NCBI GenBank assembly: GCA_964270895.1 | Contig: OZ185446.1 | DNA from: Podarcis filfolensis | Taxonomy: Eukaryota | Reading direction: 5' to 3' (one strand) | Length of the DNA stretch: 64,000 nucleotides | Shown here: positions 41,041-53,931 of the stretch, one piece after another | Layout of the letters: the number at the start of each line of letters is the position of its first letter | Numbering within the stretch: position 1 is the stretch's first letter | Position numbers and translations under genes: made by a program | Notes under the pieces: model-generated | The model's input: only the letters and a program-made list of their open reading frames with translations | Told to the model about the DNA's origin: nothing | The model's database searches: none

Positions 41041-41270
41041 CAGTGGTACCTCGGTTTACGAACTTAATCTGTTCCTGAAGTGCGTTCTTAAACCAAATCC
41101 GTTTTTAAACCGAGGCACGCTTTCCCTAATGAGGCCTCCCGCCACCAGTGCCCTTCCACCATTCGTAGACCGAGGTAAAGTTCACAAACTGGAGCACTAC
41201 TTCCTGTTCTGCAGATTTCGTAAACTGAATAGTTCGTAAACAGGACTGTTCATAAACCGAGGTACCACTG
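41041..41270. mobile_element. Tigger-like MITE
   Basis: CAGTGGTACCTCGGTTTA / TAAACCGAGGTACCACTG TIRs, TA TSD. Confidence 0.9.
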
Positions 41271-43649
41271 TATAGGACTGAGCCGTAGTGATTTAAGCTT
41301 CATGTATTGAAGCTCTTTCAGGGACATGTGAAAATAGTGTTGCTGTGCTTCATTAATTATGAGTCCTTAGGCCATTTTCACACTTGAAGTTTACAGTTTG
41401 AGCCTGTTTATTCAGAAATAAGCCTGTTAACTCAACTTATTCCCAAATAAAGGTGCATTACCACTGCAGGAGTAAATTGCCTTTCATAATTTACTGAGAC
41501 CACCTGGGCAATACTTTATTTCTGTTTTATGCCTTTTGACATACGTACACATTGCAATTATGCAAATTTTGTACTCCACCTGCAAATGAAATAACACAAA
41601 CATTTTCATTCCATCTAATGGAAAACACCGTTTTGCTCAGTAAACTTACTGCCTCCTGAACGAGATAGGCATTTATAGTTTCTGCCTATCCATGTATATT
41701 AAAACATCCCACTGAGTTCAGTATTCTAAAGTATGTGCTCACAGTATTGCAGATTGCAATTCTAACCATGTCTACTCAGAAGTGATTCCCAATGAATTAC
41801 AGAGGACTTACTACCCAGTAAGTGGGTTAGTACTGCATGCTTAGTCAGCCAGCAAATGGTGTTAACCAGTATCACTGCATGTGAATGTAGACAAGCTGAA
41901 ATCTACATTTTGAAACTGGTACAGTAACTGATTTCTGCTTACAGTCCTACAGCACAAACTCATAATTCCATTGTATAAACAATCTATTCACCATTTTCTA
42001 AACTATTATATCCAATATGGAGTTATGCACTGAAATTATATTTGATTGTGGCCTCAACAATTTAAGAAATAATATGAAGTTGAGATGAGCCCCCCGCCTA
42101 GAAAGAATAAATAATGGGGGGGGACATATTTTAATGCCTACATCTATTTACAGTGTGCTTTTGTTTAGGAATGATTATAGTAGAAACTGGGGCTTGATTT
42201 AAAACATTATTTTGCATTTCTGAAATGCAGAATTGTTCTGATTTAAAGGGAGCACCAAAAGAATTAGAGAGAAAGGCATAATAGGCTTTAAAAATGAATT
42301 TTATCATTTTTAAAAATAAACGTCTGTTTCTAGCTATTTTGGGACCCAAGCCCCTTTGTCTTCATGTTCCTGACTCACTGTGCAATCTTAAATTCACCTG
42401 AGTTCAGTAAGGACTTACTCCCTGGTAAGAATTTCTGGGAATGCAGTCTCAGCTGACTTATAATGAAAGAAAAAAAGTTTCTTCCTCAGCCATACCAATA
42501 CATTGCCACAAGGTGGCCGCATTTAGCCAAGCAGTTATGTTTGCCTAGGTGCACCCTGTTTTTTTCTTTATCCCATTGTATGCCATGTTAAATAAACACT
42601 CCTATCCAGTTAAAAACAGTATACCCACAAGCTTTAGCCCCATCACTATTGAGACAGATCAGTTGGTTCAAAGCGTCAGCGATCATCTGCTTCCAAAAGG
42701 TATGGTTTTTATGAAAGTTGCAAAAGTCAGCAAATTTTGTGAAATCTGCGAAAAGTTGTGAAGTCAGCAAAAGAGCATGACTTTACTGAACAAATCAGAA
42801 TATGCAAAAGATACTGAGGAGGTCCACATTTCCGGGATTAGGGTGGGCTCACACCTGCAACCAATCTGCATTCTTGGTATCTGCTTATAAACATGCTAAC
42901 TGGGTGTGTGTGGGTGGGTGTTGTTAACACTGTAACTTCGTTATTCCTAAAACTGATTTCATGCTAGTAAATTCTACTGTGTTTAGGGTAAGATGCTTCC
43001 ATGTGATTTTTAGCTCGGTGTATTAGGTGCTTAAAATACACAAATTCAACAGGGGCAGCTTTCAGGCACCCAAAGATAACTTTCCCGATTACCATATCTC
43101 CTTACTGGGGGGAAATGGCGTCTTTGTGGGGAAATGGTCTCATGGACCAACTTCGGCCCCGGAGCAGAAAAGAGGCAAAACAAAAGCCCAACCCCAGCGG
43201 AACAACAGCTATGACTCTTCCCTTTGTACAGCAGGCTATATTCTAGCCACACAAAAATCTGAGATTTCTGCACTCACCCACATCTCTCCATCCAAACAAG
43301 TAAGAGGCATCATCACAGCTCAAAACCACAATTCAGCTGAAGTGCTACTGGAGGGTGTACAGCAGGACTAGTGAGGCGTGTAGCCTGGGAAAGAGGCTTG
43401 ACCCAGGGACAGTCCCAAGGGCAGGATGGAGAGGTCCTCAGACCTGACATTCCCCACCCCCTGCTATATACCCAGAATGGGTAATATAATCAAAACCAGA
43501 ATGACCAAAAGCCAGAGGCTGAAAGCACAGAGGAAGTTTCACCATGCTGCAATTAAAAAGGTTGAAGGTTTCCCTAAAGTGCACCCTGGATTTATTTATT
43601 TAAGTATCTTTCTCACAGCACCACAACTCACATAGCACCAACTGGAGAC

Positions 43650-44240
43650 ATCTGGGTGCTCCCCACTGCCACGTGCACTTTTTTGTGGGGAGGGACATGA
43701 TCGATCATCCTCCCCTAGTCATTAAGAGTGATTACATGTTTGTTGTGCCTCCCAGTTATTGTTAGATGGCAGTGATGGAGGACATCCGTTCTATCTTTTT
43801 CCTGAAGACATTTTTTCTTCCCTGTTGACTTCTCAAAACCCACACTTTACAGGATCTTATTCTTTCCCTTTCCTTTGAGTTGTCTGGCATCAGTCATAGA
43901 CAAGAGTAAGCCTGGCTGGCAGATCCATTTGCTGCCTACCTTCGTTCCACATGGCAAGATCCAGACAGATTTCCCACTGATTGCAGGGATGTTCAGTTAT
44001 TACTATAGTTCAGCTTGAGGGCTTTGCAATGGTGAACTGAAGCGATCCACCATGTTTGTGCAAGAGCTTCCTCTGGTGGTGATAATATTTTTTGCAAGTC
44101 GTATTATGTGGAACCAATCCAGGTCTCTCCAGGCGAGTCAACAGAGTTCACTGTGGGATATAATTATTGAGGATGCTCTCATACATTTGTTTGAGAAGCT
44201 GGTGCTATGCAATGAGGCTGTATAATAGCTATCGCTAGAG
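43650..44240 (-). mobile_element. Highly degraded RTE-clade LINE C-terminal fragment
   Basis: Stitching frames gives RLAKNI..KHGG..KALK..LNIP..QWE..DLAMW, resembling the RTE RT C-terminus. Many stops and frameshifts. Confidence 0.5.
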
Positions 44241-44625
44241 ATAATCTTATCTTTTCTTTTCTTTTAAATTACTGGCCACTTTGATAATCAAAACGACATT
44301 GAAATGCTATGACAAAACACAAAACACATTGTAAATAGGGAGACACACACACAATTCATTTTGAAATAAGCACCCAGTTTTTAGGCAAAAGTTACAACTT
44401 TGCAGCAACAGAGCTCTTCACTTATGATAAAAACTGCATATACAGTGTACATTTGAAGTACGTTTGAAGCACATTTTCCTTCTCTAAGAAATCTAGGCAC
44501 TGTGATTTGCCCCTTACAGAGTTACAACTCTTAACAAACTACAGTGCCCAGAATTCTTTGAGGGGGGGGGATTTGTCCCTTGAATGTGCTTTAAAGGTAT
44601 AGTGTGTATGCAGCCAGAGTGTGCC

Positions 44626-44663
<38 letters not shown>
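44626..44663. repeat. (TTG)n microsatellite, tail of the adjacent L2
   Basis: Direct read. Confidence 0.9.
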
Positions 44664-44666
<3 letters not shown>

Positions 44667-45730
44667 TGATTTTATATACTGCCCTATAGCTGGAGGTCTC
44701 ACAGAATAAAATCAAAATATAACACCACAAAATACACAATCAAATTAAAAACAACAACCCAATAACTACCCCCAACAACCCCCCCCCCATTTTAAAAGGG
44801 CAGAGGATGTCAGTCAAATCAACCAAAGGCCTGGTTAAAAAGGAATGTTTTTGCCTGGCAGCTAAAGGTGTATAATGAAGGTGCCATATTTTCCCTTTGA
44901 TATGTACCCCCTGTTAAATACATCCCATGATCATGCTGATTAGCTCTAGCTCCACCAGGGGCGGTTTGACTAATATTCAGAGCCTATTTAAGCTTGCGCA
45001 ATAGTTTTCTAACTGTTCTCCTCCTTTTCCCCTTGTGGTTCTGAACCACCCACACACCTTCCTAGTACCTTATAAGGCATTATCTTTCGGCTACTCTCAG
45101 TGATTTCTTAACTTGACTTATTACCACGAGTTTCCTGTTCCTTCGCAATGTAAGCCGTTACAACAGCAAGGTATGGTTGTTTATGCTAAGCTTTTCTTAC
45201 CCATTTATTCCACAGGTGCCACTGCAGAGAAGGCCTGTTCTCGTGTTGCCACCCTCTTGAGGAGGAGGCACATGAAGAAGGGCCTCAGAAGATAATCTCA
45301 GGGTCTGGGTAGATTCATATGGGAAGAGGTGGTCCTTGAGGTATTGCAGTCCTGAGCCGTTTAAGGCTGTATAGGTCAAATCCAGCACTTTGAATTGGGC
45401 CCAGAAACTAATTGGTAGTCAGTGCAGTCGGACCAGGGTCAGTGTAATATGCTCAAACCCTCTTGCTCCGGTGAGCAACCCGGCTGCTGAATTCTGTGCT
45501 AGCTGAAGTTTCCGAACTATCTTCATAGAGGCAGCCCTACATATAACCACCTTGAGGTTACCAGAGCATAGACAACAGTAGTTAAGCTATTCCTGTTCAG
45601 ATAGGGGCATAGTTGGGCCACCAGCCAAGGCTGATGGAAGGCACTCCGGGCAACTGAGGCCACCTGAGTCTTGAGTGAGAGCAAAGGATCCAGGAGGACC
45701 CCCAAGCTGTGAAGCTGCTCCTTCAGAGGA
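44664..45730 (-). mobile_element. L2 LINE 3' part, interrupted by an unclassified insert at about 44887-45207
   Basis: LGVLLDPLLSLKTQVASVARSAFHQ..LVTSR L2 RT C-terminus, and the 3' UTR in reverse. Confidence 0.85.
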
Positions 45731-47292
45731 AATTTTGCTTCAAAAGTTTCGTAGTAGCAAAAATTGCTGCATTTGGGGCTTTCACCTATTGGCTCCGGAG
45801 GCAAATGGAATCCTACTTGCTTCTGCTTACTCCTGCAAGTATGAAGGAAGGAGCAATTGGGCTGGAGGGGAAGGAGCAGAGAGGTGGGGATTCAGAGCTG
45901 CTCCTGTGAAACTATCATTTATAACTTTGGCAACCCAAACCTCTAATTTAAAAAGGATGTGGTTGACAAAGCACAAACCAGCAACCTCCTAGTCCTGCAA
46001 AAGGTAAATCCCACTGATGAAGATATAGACAGAGCTGAACAGAGATATTTCTGATCCCATGATGAGTCATGACAATTCAGACTATAACATTTCGTTATAA
46101 ATTAAGGGGATTTCCACTGAACTGAATGAGAAACGGATGTTATAGATTAATTTTGCAAGTGATGTCATTGAACAAAGGGCATTTCACTCACGGTTATGTC
46201 ACGAAGAGACATGTTGCAACCCAAAGAAATAGTTTTAACCACCACCACCCTTTCTTTTTACTTGGGACTTCTTTATGTTCGGCAAACTGATTTTCCACCT
46301 TAATACAATTTGTTTTAAGTTTTAACCAACAACAAATTTCTTTTATTCTCTGCTGTTCCTTCTGATAACTGCTATTATTTTCCAGGGCAGACCTTATCAG
46401 CAGACTTTCTACATGATACATTTGAATATATACACAAGACTTCCTAAATCCCAGCAGGTTACATAGGGAAACTGGTGTTTAAAGTGCTCCCAGATAAGAA
46501 TGGCCTGTTTCTTCAGCTATGAGTTCAAAGCTTGAAATATCACAAGATTCCTCAGTGGTAGGAAATATGTTTTTTTGGTAGCTGTACAAAGAATCGCCAG
46601 ACATCCTGTGTTGTTTAGGATGTCCTGTTTTTGGTGTTAAGAAGGGAGAAAGGTTGGGACTGTAGTCTCTTGCAGTATCAAAATGATGCATAATGGCCCC
46701 ATAATTCACATACCCAATTTAACTGAAGTTCTCTAATTTAAACTGATCCAACAGCAATGAGTCAAATACGGTAAGTGTCTTCAAAAAAATAAGCTCAATC
46801 TTAAAAGGAGAGAGTGGCTTCAATTATTATGGTAAAGTAAGGGGAAATAGGATGCATGATCGCCTTGAACATCTGTTTTTCATGCTGCCATGTCATATCT
46901 GAAGAGGAAAATTGCTTTTACTCATGTGATGAGTCATATGAACAGCAGATACTGATATAGTCCATGTATCTGAGCTGAGAATCTTGCTCCTTCCAGCTAC
47001 CGTCAGACCTCACTCAGGCCCTCAGAGGGACAGGAAGCAGTAGCTTTTCCATTGTGCTTAGCTCCATCTCCCTACCAGCTCAGTTACTACCTGATCTACT
47101 TTGTAACTAATAACTAGTGCCCAAGTTTCCCCTTCCTTCCCAAACCCTTTCCCCTTTGTGTTATGTATTTCTTTAGCTTATAAACCTAACAGTAGGGTTC
47201 TTTCTTTCTACACTATTCAGCTAAAGTGTAGTAAAACAGCAGCAGCAGCAAAAACAACAACAACAAAGGAGGAAATACTCAATTTCCCTTGT

Positions 47293-47801
47293 AAAGGGAC
47301 CCCTGACCATTAGGTCCAGTCGTGACCGACTCTGGGGTTGCAGCGCTCATCTTGCTTTATTGGCTGAGGGAGCCGGCGTACAGCTTCCAGGTCATGTGGC
47401 CAGCATGACTAAGCCGCTTCTGGTGAACCAGAGCAGCGCACGGGAACACCGTTTACCTTCCCGCCAGAGCGGTACCTATTTATCTACTTGCACTTCATGC
47501 TTTCGAACTGCTAGGTAGGCAGGAGCAGGGACCAAACAATGGGAGCTCACCCCATCACGGGGATTCGAACCGCCAACCTTCTGATCAGCAAGTCCTAGAC
47601 AGTGGCGTAGCGTGGGGGGGTGCAGGGGGGCCCGGCCGCACCGGGCGCAACATCTGGGGTTAGGGCAAATCCACGGGTTAGGGGGCGCAAATCCACGGGT
47701 TAGGGGGCGCAAATTACTTGCCTTGCCCCGGGTGCTGACAACCCACGCTACGCCACTGGTCCTAGGCTCTGTGATTTAACCCACAGCACCACCCACGTCC
47801 C
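47293..47801 (-). mobile_element. Full-length Sauria SINE interrupted by a hAT MITE
   Basis: Head (reverse of GGGACGTGGGTGGTGCTG) ends at 47801. Flanked by AATTTCCCTTGT. Confidence 0.93.
47600..47758. mobile_element. hAT MITE (159 bp)
   Basis: TIRs CAGTGGCGTAGCGTGGG / CCCACGCTACGCCACTG, 8-bp TSD GTCCTAGA / GTCCTAGG. Confidence 0.92.
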
Positions 47802-47810
47802 TAATTTCCC

Positions 47811-47984
47811 TTGTTGTTGTTGTTGTTTAGTCATTTAGTCGTGTCCGACTCTTCGTGACCCCATGGACCAGAGCACGCCAGGCACTTCTGTCTTCCACAG
47901 CCTCCCACAGTTTGGTCAAACTCATGCTGGTAGCTTCGAGAACACTGTCCAACCATCTCGTCCTCTGTCGTCCCCTTCTCCTTG
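47811..47984 (-). mobile_element. BovB (RTE) LINE 3' end
   Basis: RRRGRQRTRWLDSVLEATSMSLTKLWEAVEDRSAWRALVHGVTKSRTRLND, with a (CAA)n tail. Confidence 0.92.
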
Positions 47985-49642
47985 TAATTTCCCTTGTTAC
48001 CCACATTAAATAACAGCATGAATGATTCCTGAGACTATGGACTAGGGAAGAGAACAAGATAGTGCTATCTTCTGGACTGGTTGTAAGTTAGAGGGCAGAC
48101 AGGCGAGAGCTGGGCTGAGGGTGGACTCAGGTTAGTGGGGCAGTGCCCCATTTACCCTTGTGCACCAGCCTCCACTATGGCAAATCTTTGAAAATAAATT
48201 CTACAATTTTAGCAAGGGAGGACTTTGGTCTTTCAAATTTCAGCAGTGCCCTGTGTGAGGCCAAAATTTATCCTTTGCTTCTTGCCTTCCATTCTGCTCA
48301 ATAGTTGCTATGCTCTGTGGTGCCCCCTAGATTCTGGTTGTGCTGCCCTAAATCCACTTATTTTAGAACAGAATTTTAAAAAGCCTCTCTCCTTGTCCTT
48401 ATTCACCAAATATGTCATGCAGATGGTAAGCTCTAGTTTATTCCTAGAGATCTCAGTGTGATCACACTTACGTACATTGGACACAAGTTGTTTAATATTT
48501 TACAGCTACAAGGTTTCATAAATGTTTTATTTTTCATTTTCAAGAGCACATGATATAAGGGAACAAAGCAAGCGAATGAGGTATTTATTACCTCCTCGGT
48601 TCAAAGGCTGATGTTGTACACTAAATAGATTTAGTGCCATAATATTTCTTTCTCGGTGAATCGAGTTCACTGACATCCATTTTTAAGCAAAATAGCCCTA
48701 ACACAAACAATGCTAGCCAAGCAGTAAGAAGGTACTTAACAGTCAGACATACATTTATTAGCCAGAAAAGAAAACCATGAAGATTTTTGTCATTTTGGCT
48801 TCCTCTTGATGGTAATGGTTTCTACCTTGCAGACTTTACGTAGAAAGAGAGAAATCAATTTCTTGCTCTGGTATCCATTATAACATTTTCGCAGGCTTTT
48901 TTCCTTGTCACAGTACAATGTGAAATCCTAGCCCAATTTCATCTGACTTCCAAATCTGGGCATTAATAAGCATATTCCTGGGGATAGCTAGAGCGCAGTT
49001 TAATTGGAGCCACAACTCAGCTACAGAAACTGGTGTTTCTTTGTTGTTTTTTAAATTCAGGGCTTTTTCTTGGATTGTGCTGTTTAATCATCTGAGCATG
49101 TGCCAAGTGCTTTTTCTTTTTTGCATACATTTATTCTGACATGGTTACTCCTTCTCCAAGTTCTTAGCCCCTAATAAAAGGCAAGGGGAGCTGCCTACAT
49201 GTAGGAACCTTGTTTGGGATTAGCAGCTCACCACAGGAATATGAGGATTTGCTCTGTGCTGCTGAAAAATCTCTTGTTTTGGAGGCTTGCCTTGGCACAA
49301 GAAAACCCCTCTATTTCTGGGTCAAATCACCGCTTAAAAGCAGCTTGTTGCCACACTGAAGCAGCAGCCACAGGGAGCAATTCAAAACAATGGCCAGCCA
49401 TCTTGTAGGTAGCAAGCACATTCCCACGCAAAGGCAAAGTTCCTGACTGTCTGTCTAATCTGAAAAGTGCCTTACAGACAAAGCCACCAGGCAGGACTCT
49501 ATTTTTTTTTTTTAATAGCTCAATGGCACAGCGCATGCTCAGTTCTAGGCATCTCCAGGTGGGACTGCATAAGACCTGTGTCTAAAACCATGGAGAGCTA
49601 CTGCCAGTCAGTGCTGAGATAATGGTTGTCCGACTCAGTATA

Positions 49643-49868
49643 CAGTGGTACCTCGAGTTACATATGCTTCAAGTTACAGACTCTGCCAACCCAGAAATAG
49701 TGCTTCAGGTTAAGAACTTTGCTTCAGGATGAGAACAGAAATCGTGCTCCGGCGGCGCGGCAGCAGCAGGAGGCCCCATTAGCTAAAGTGGTGCTTCAGG
49801 TTAAGAACAGTTTCAGGTTAAGTACAGACCTCCGGAACAAATTAAGTACTTAACCCGAGGTACCACTG
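49643..49868. mobile_element. Tigger-like MITE, same family as 4056-4297
   Basis: CAGTGGTACCTC TIRs, TA TSD, near-identical interior. Confidence 0.9.
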
Positions 49869-50529
49869 TAATTGGCTTCCTGTGGTTCTTTGGGAGACAT
49901 CAATAAACATCCAGGTTTTTCTTTGTTGTTATTGATGTGAGGGTGGGGGGGTTCAACAGAGAGAAGAACATCGATCCAATCACTACACATATTTTTTGAC
50001 AAACACCAAACTGGTGATGTTATAGAAGATTGCACCTACAAGTTAACCTTCCAAGGGGAAAAAAATGGCTCTGGAAAGTGCCGTGCCTACAGATAAAGCT
50101 TTCTAATGAAGTGGTTGTTTTATAAACTTTATTTTTCCCTCGCACAAAGTAAAGTGATAAGCTGTAGATATGAATTTCTGTTTCTGTTTCCCTTGGCTAG
50201 CAAATATGTAAAATGTATTAAAGCAGCTGAGAAAACTTTGGGGAATGACAAGCCTATAAAAAAGTAGTAAGTGCTGCCATTAAAAAAATGTGGTGGTAAC
50301 TGAACTTGTTCATATTTCCAGGGTTCTAATGTGCATATTTCTCATTTCTCATAAATGTGTGTTTTCAGTCCACAAATTATTAGCAGACCTCCCCCGCAAA
50401 AAAGCATATGTTGCTGTCAAACATTTAGTGGCTCTTCTGAATAGAAGAAAGCATGTGCAGGTTGGCCGATGTAGCCACAACGGCTTCCTGCTTGAGTCAA
50501 GAATAACCTGTTTTGCTAATTTCTTTGTT

Positions 50530-50862
50530 TCATTTTACAAACTTTATATACTGCCTGATCATAAAAACAAACCTCAAAGCAGTTTACAAAAAGAAAATAA
50601 TAATGAAGTTATCAGTAAAACACAACTATTTAAAACATTAAAAAGAAATTAAATTAAAACCAGCATTAAGGTAAAACCAGATTAAAACACATGTCAACAT
50701 GCTACAGGTCTGGATTGGCTTGCCTAAACAAAAGTAGTTTTAGCAGGCACCCAAAAAGGCATACAGTGCCAGCCTGACATCAGTCAGAGTGGCTGGGGAA
50801 ACCCAGCTGGGTGGGTGGAGTATAAATAATAAATTAGTAGTAGTAGTAGTAGTAGTAGTAGC
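50530..50862. mobile_element. Two LINE 3' tails (reverse CR1/L2-like, forward L2-like ending in (AGT)n)
   Basis: gcttgcctaaacaaaagtagttttagcagg in reverse, then ggggaaacccagc..(AGT)n at 50835-61. Confidence 0.55.
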
Positions 50863-51179
50863 TGCCTAATGTCTGTCATCTGATAGAATACCGTCAGGTT
50901 ATTGCCATTAATCAGGAGTATAGCTGTATGTGCTCAGAGGTGGCCCCAATGTTGCTGAAATGCCTTTACAATGCTATCCTATACATAACTCAGAAGTAAG
51001 CTGTACTGAGTTCAGTCAGTACAGTCAGTACAGGTGAGAATAGGATTGCTGCTTTAGGAAAATGTGATAGAATGGTGTCTCCAGTTCCTTTTCTCTTCCT
51101 TCCATCCATCCATCCACCCGCCTACCCACCCCACTTTTTTTCAAATGAAATCTGGCAGACAGTTCTATAACATGTCAAT

Positions 51180-51532
51180 GGGACGCGGGTGGCGCTGTGG
51201 GTTAAACCACAGAGCCTAGGGCTTGCTGATCAGAAGGTCGGCGGTTCGAATCCCCGTGACGGGGTGAGCTCCCATTGCTCGGTCCCTGCTCCTGCCAACC
51301 TAGCAGTTCGAAAGCACGTCAAAGTGCAAGTAGATAAATAGGTACTGCTCCGGCGGGAAGGTAAACGGCGTTTCCGTGTGCTGCTCTGGTTTGCCAGAAG
51401 TGGCTTAGTCATGCTGGCCACATGACCAGGATGCTGTACGCTGGCTCCCTCGGCCAATAAAGCGAGATGAGCACTGCAACCCCACAGTCATCCGTGACTA
51501 GACCTAACGGTCAGGGGTCCCTTTACCTTTAC
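51180..51532 (+). mobile_element. Full-length Sauria SINE
   Basis: GGGACGCGGGTGGCGCTG head, (ACCTTT)n tail, degenerate TSD ctata(a/c)ca(t/c)gtca. Confidence 0.95.
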
Positions 51533-52694
51533 CTATACCACGTCAGTAACCAAAGCTTCTTGTCCTATGGCATGTATCACACCTAAAGGGGCATATAAAT
51601 AAAACAAAATGGCATGTGTGTCTGAAGTAGCTCTTTGGATTGTAGCATCCGTGTTGACTTCTAGCAACATGGAAGCCACAACCCAAAGAGCTGTTTTAGG
51701 GACTAGAGCTGTCTAGTCCCAAAGAAAAAGCTAACTTTTTTTTGTTTGCCATCCTTTTCTTGGTTGTTTTAATTGTTCAAGTATTATCTTGCCGCATAAA
51801 CACCTGGCAGGTTGAGACGATTTCTATGGCTCATATAATTGCAGATATAAATTAGATTGGGTCATAAAAAAAGTTCTGTGTAATCAAAAGTTGCATAATA
51901 TATATTTGTTAATTTTTACCTAGTTGTGAGGACGTGGGTGTTGGGTGTCTTTCCACATCCACCAAATATGAAGCTACCTTATAAGGCTTTGAACAGGGTT
52001 GGACAAATTCATGGAGGGTAGATTTATTAATGTCTATCAATCATGGTAGGTCAATGTAACCTACATGTACAGGGGTAGTATACCTCAGCAAATCAGAGTG
52101 CCAACAACAGGGCACAGTCATTGCCTTCATGTGCCCTTCATGGGCACTTCCTTCTTACAGGTGCCAAAGACAGTATGCTGAACTAGATAGATTTTCATCT
52201 GATCCATCAAGATAATTGTTATGTACATTCACAAGTGTTTGAATGCATTCTGGAACACTTAACAAGGCAGTCCTATGCATGCTTACATAGAAATAAGCCT
52301 CACTATGTTCAATGGGTCTTATTCCATAGCAAGTGGGTTTAAAAAGGAAGGCTTACTTATATTTGACTAAGACTAATGGACTCATTGAATTCTGTTGGTC
52401 TGGCTTCTGAGTAGACCTGTTTAGGACAGTATGGCCAGAATATATAGTGCTATTCTACTATCTTCTCCCATCAACTCAAGGATTATCACTAGTGCAACAG
52501 GATTTCCTCCCTATACTACACACACACACACACACACACACACCCTGCACTCTCCCGACATATGCTCCAGTGTTGAGGGAACCCCTAGAACAGATGGGGG
52601 GTATCGCAGGAGGAGGAGGAAAAAATTATTGTACTGACAGAACTACTTACTTAGTTAAAATAAAAATGGGTTCTATTCAACACACTATCTGTCA

Positions 52695-52814
52695 CATGGG
52701 TGTAGCCAGGATTTTTGTTGGGGGGGCAAGCCTTTTGTTAGGGGGTAGGACTCTTGTTATGCGGGGGCAGAACCTCCGTTAGCTGCTGCTGCTGCTGCTG
52801 CTGCTTCTGCTTCT

Positions 52815-52846
<32 letters not shown>

Positions 52847-53015
52847 TTAATTTATTTATACCCCGCCCATCTGGCTGGGTTTCCCCAGCCACTCTGGGTG
52901 GCTTCCAACAAACGATTAAAAATACATTAAAACATCAGTCATTAAAAACTTCCCTTTATTGATTTTTATTGAGGGGGGGGCAGCTGCCCCTCCCTGCCCC
53001 CCAGCTACACCCATG
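52695..53015. mobile_element. hAT MITE carrying a nested L2 3' tail (about 52783-52945)
   Basis: TIRs CATGGGTGTAGC / GCTACACCCATG, perfect 8-bp TSD ATCTGTCA. Interior has (GCT)n(TTC)n plus an L2 3' end in reverse. Confidence 0.88.
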
Positions 53016-53438
53016 ATCTGTCATCTTTGTATAAAGAATAGCGTAATAATATAACAATAAATATAATTAGTCTGACATGAGGTCTGTAGAAGAACAAATG
53101 CATCCATCCCTTAAAATACAGTAATAGCATTTCTGGGTTGTTTCTCTGAAAAGTATCACTATAGAATTGCTGGGGTGGTGGTGATAAGTCCGAATGTCAT
53201 CCTGGGGTCCCCTCCAAACTTGTGGTTCAAATCTATAAAGTAAGGGGCTGTAACAAAGGAGGCTGCTAAAGCGATCAAACCAGTCCCTTTGTTAAGTCAA
53301 TAGCTCTATTAAGTATTCGTTTGTATGACTGAGGAGCACAGGTGACTGACTGCCACAGAAACTACTAGCTGACGTTTTTTTCCAGAAGGTGAAGAAAAGG
53401 AGACAGTCCCCCAGCTGGAGGTGGTGTCATTGGCAAGA

Positions 53439-53869
53439 AGGGATGGATGGATTTGTCCATTTAGGTTCTCTCTCCTTCTCATTTTTCCAATCTTAAATTC
53501 CATTCTACAAATTTTGGCTGCAGTATATTTTTTAAAGCCTCAGGAAAATTCATCTGTATTTTAGTGCAAATTTCTCCCAACAGATCCATTTTTGTATGCC
53601 GTTTTGACTAATGCACAGATTTCTGTAAGCAATTTCCCTTAATATAATTCATTTTTAAATGTTATTTTCCCCAACGTATTTGTTTATACACGCATTTTCC
53701 CCCTAGCATAAGCATTTGGACAGATATGGTTTGGTTGGAGAACTGCACCCAAAATTCAGAGAACGGCAAATGTCAAAGGGTGGCTGTGTTTCGGTCCTCA
53801 TATTGTTTTGCAAAGTGCAGATTAAGTAGTTTCACCTTTAAATGTGAACTGAACTGAAGTTCTATCCCT
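53439..53869. mobile_element. Non-autonomous DNA-transposon-like repeat
   Basis: AGGGATG...ATCCCT ends. A related inverted copy lies at about 58706-59041 (shared catttttccaatcttaaattc segment). Confidence 0.5.
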
Positions 53870-53931
53870 TAACTACTGGTGAATGTAAGGCCACGTTCAT
53901 ACCAATCCATTTAAAGTGCTATTGTTCACTT

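Noticed and set aside
43650-44240. R2-like or Gypsy integrase relic (RHN motif, CH-T pattern)
   Set aside because: The motifs are short and scattered over frames. A multi-frame RTE C-terminal reading fits better.
44887-45207. Possible solo LTR inside L2
   Set aside because: It has a TATA-like site but I found no clear TG...CA ends or TSD, so it is left unclassified.
40950-52450. Several short ctactcagaagtaag / ggacttac palindromic remnants as regulatory motifs
   Set aside because: They look like eroded copies of a common short palindromic reptile repeat, and their boundaries cannot be fixed.
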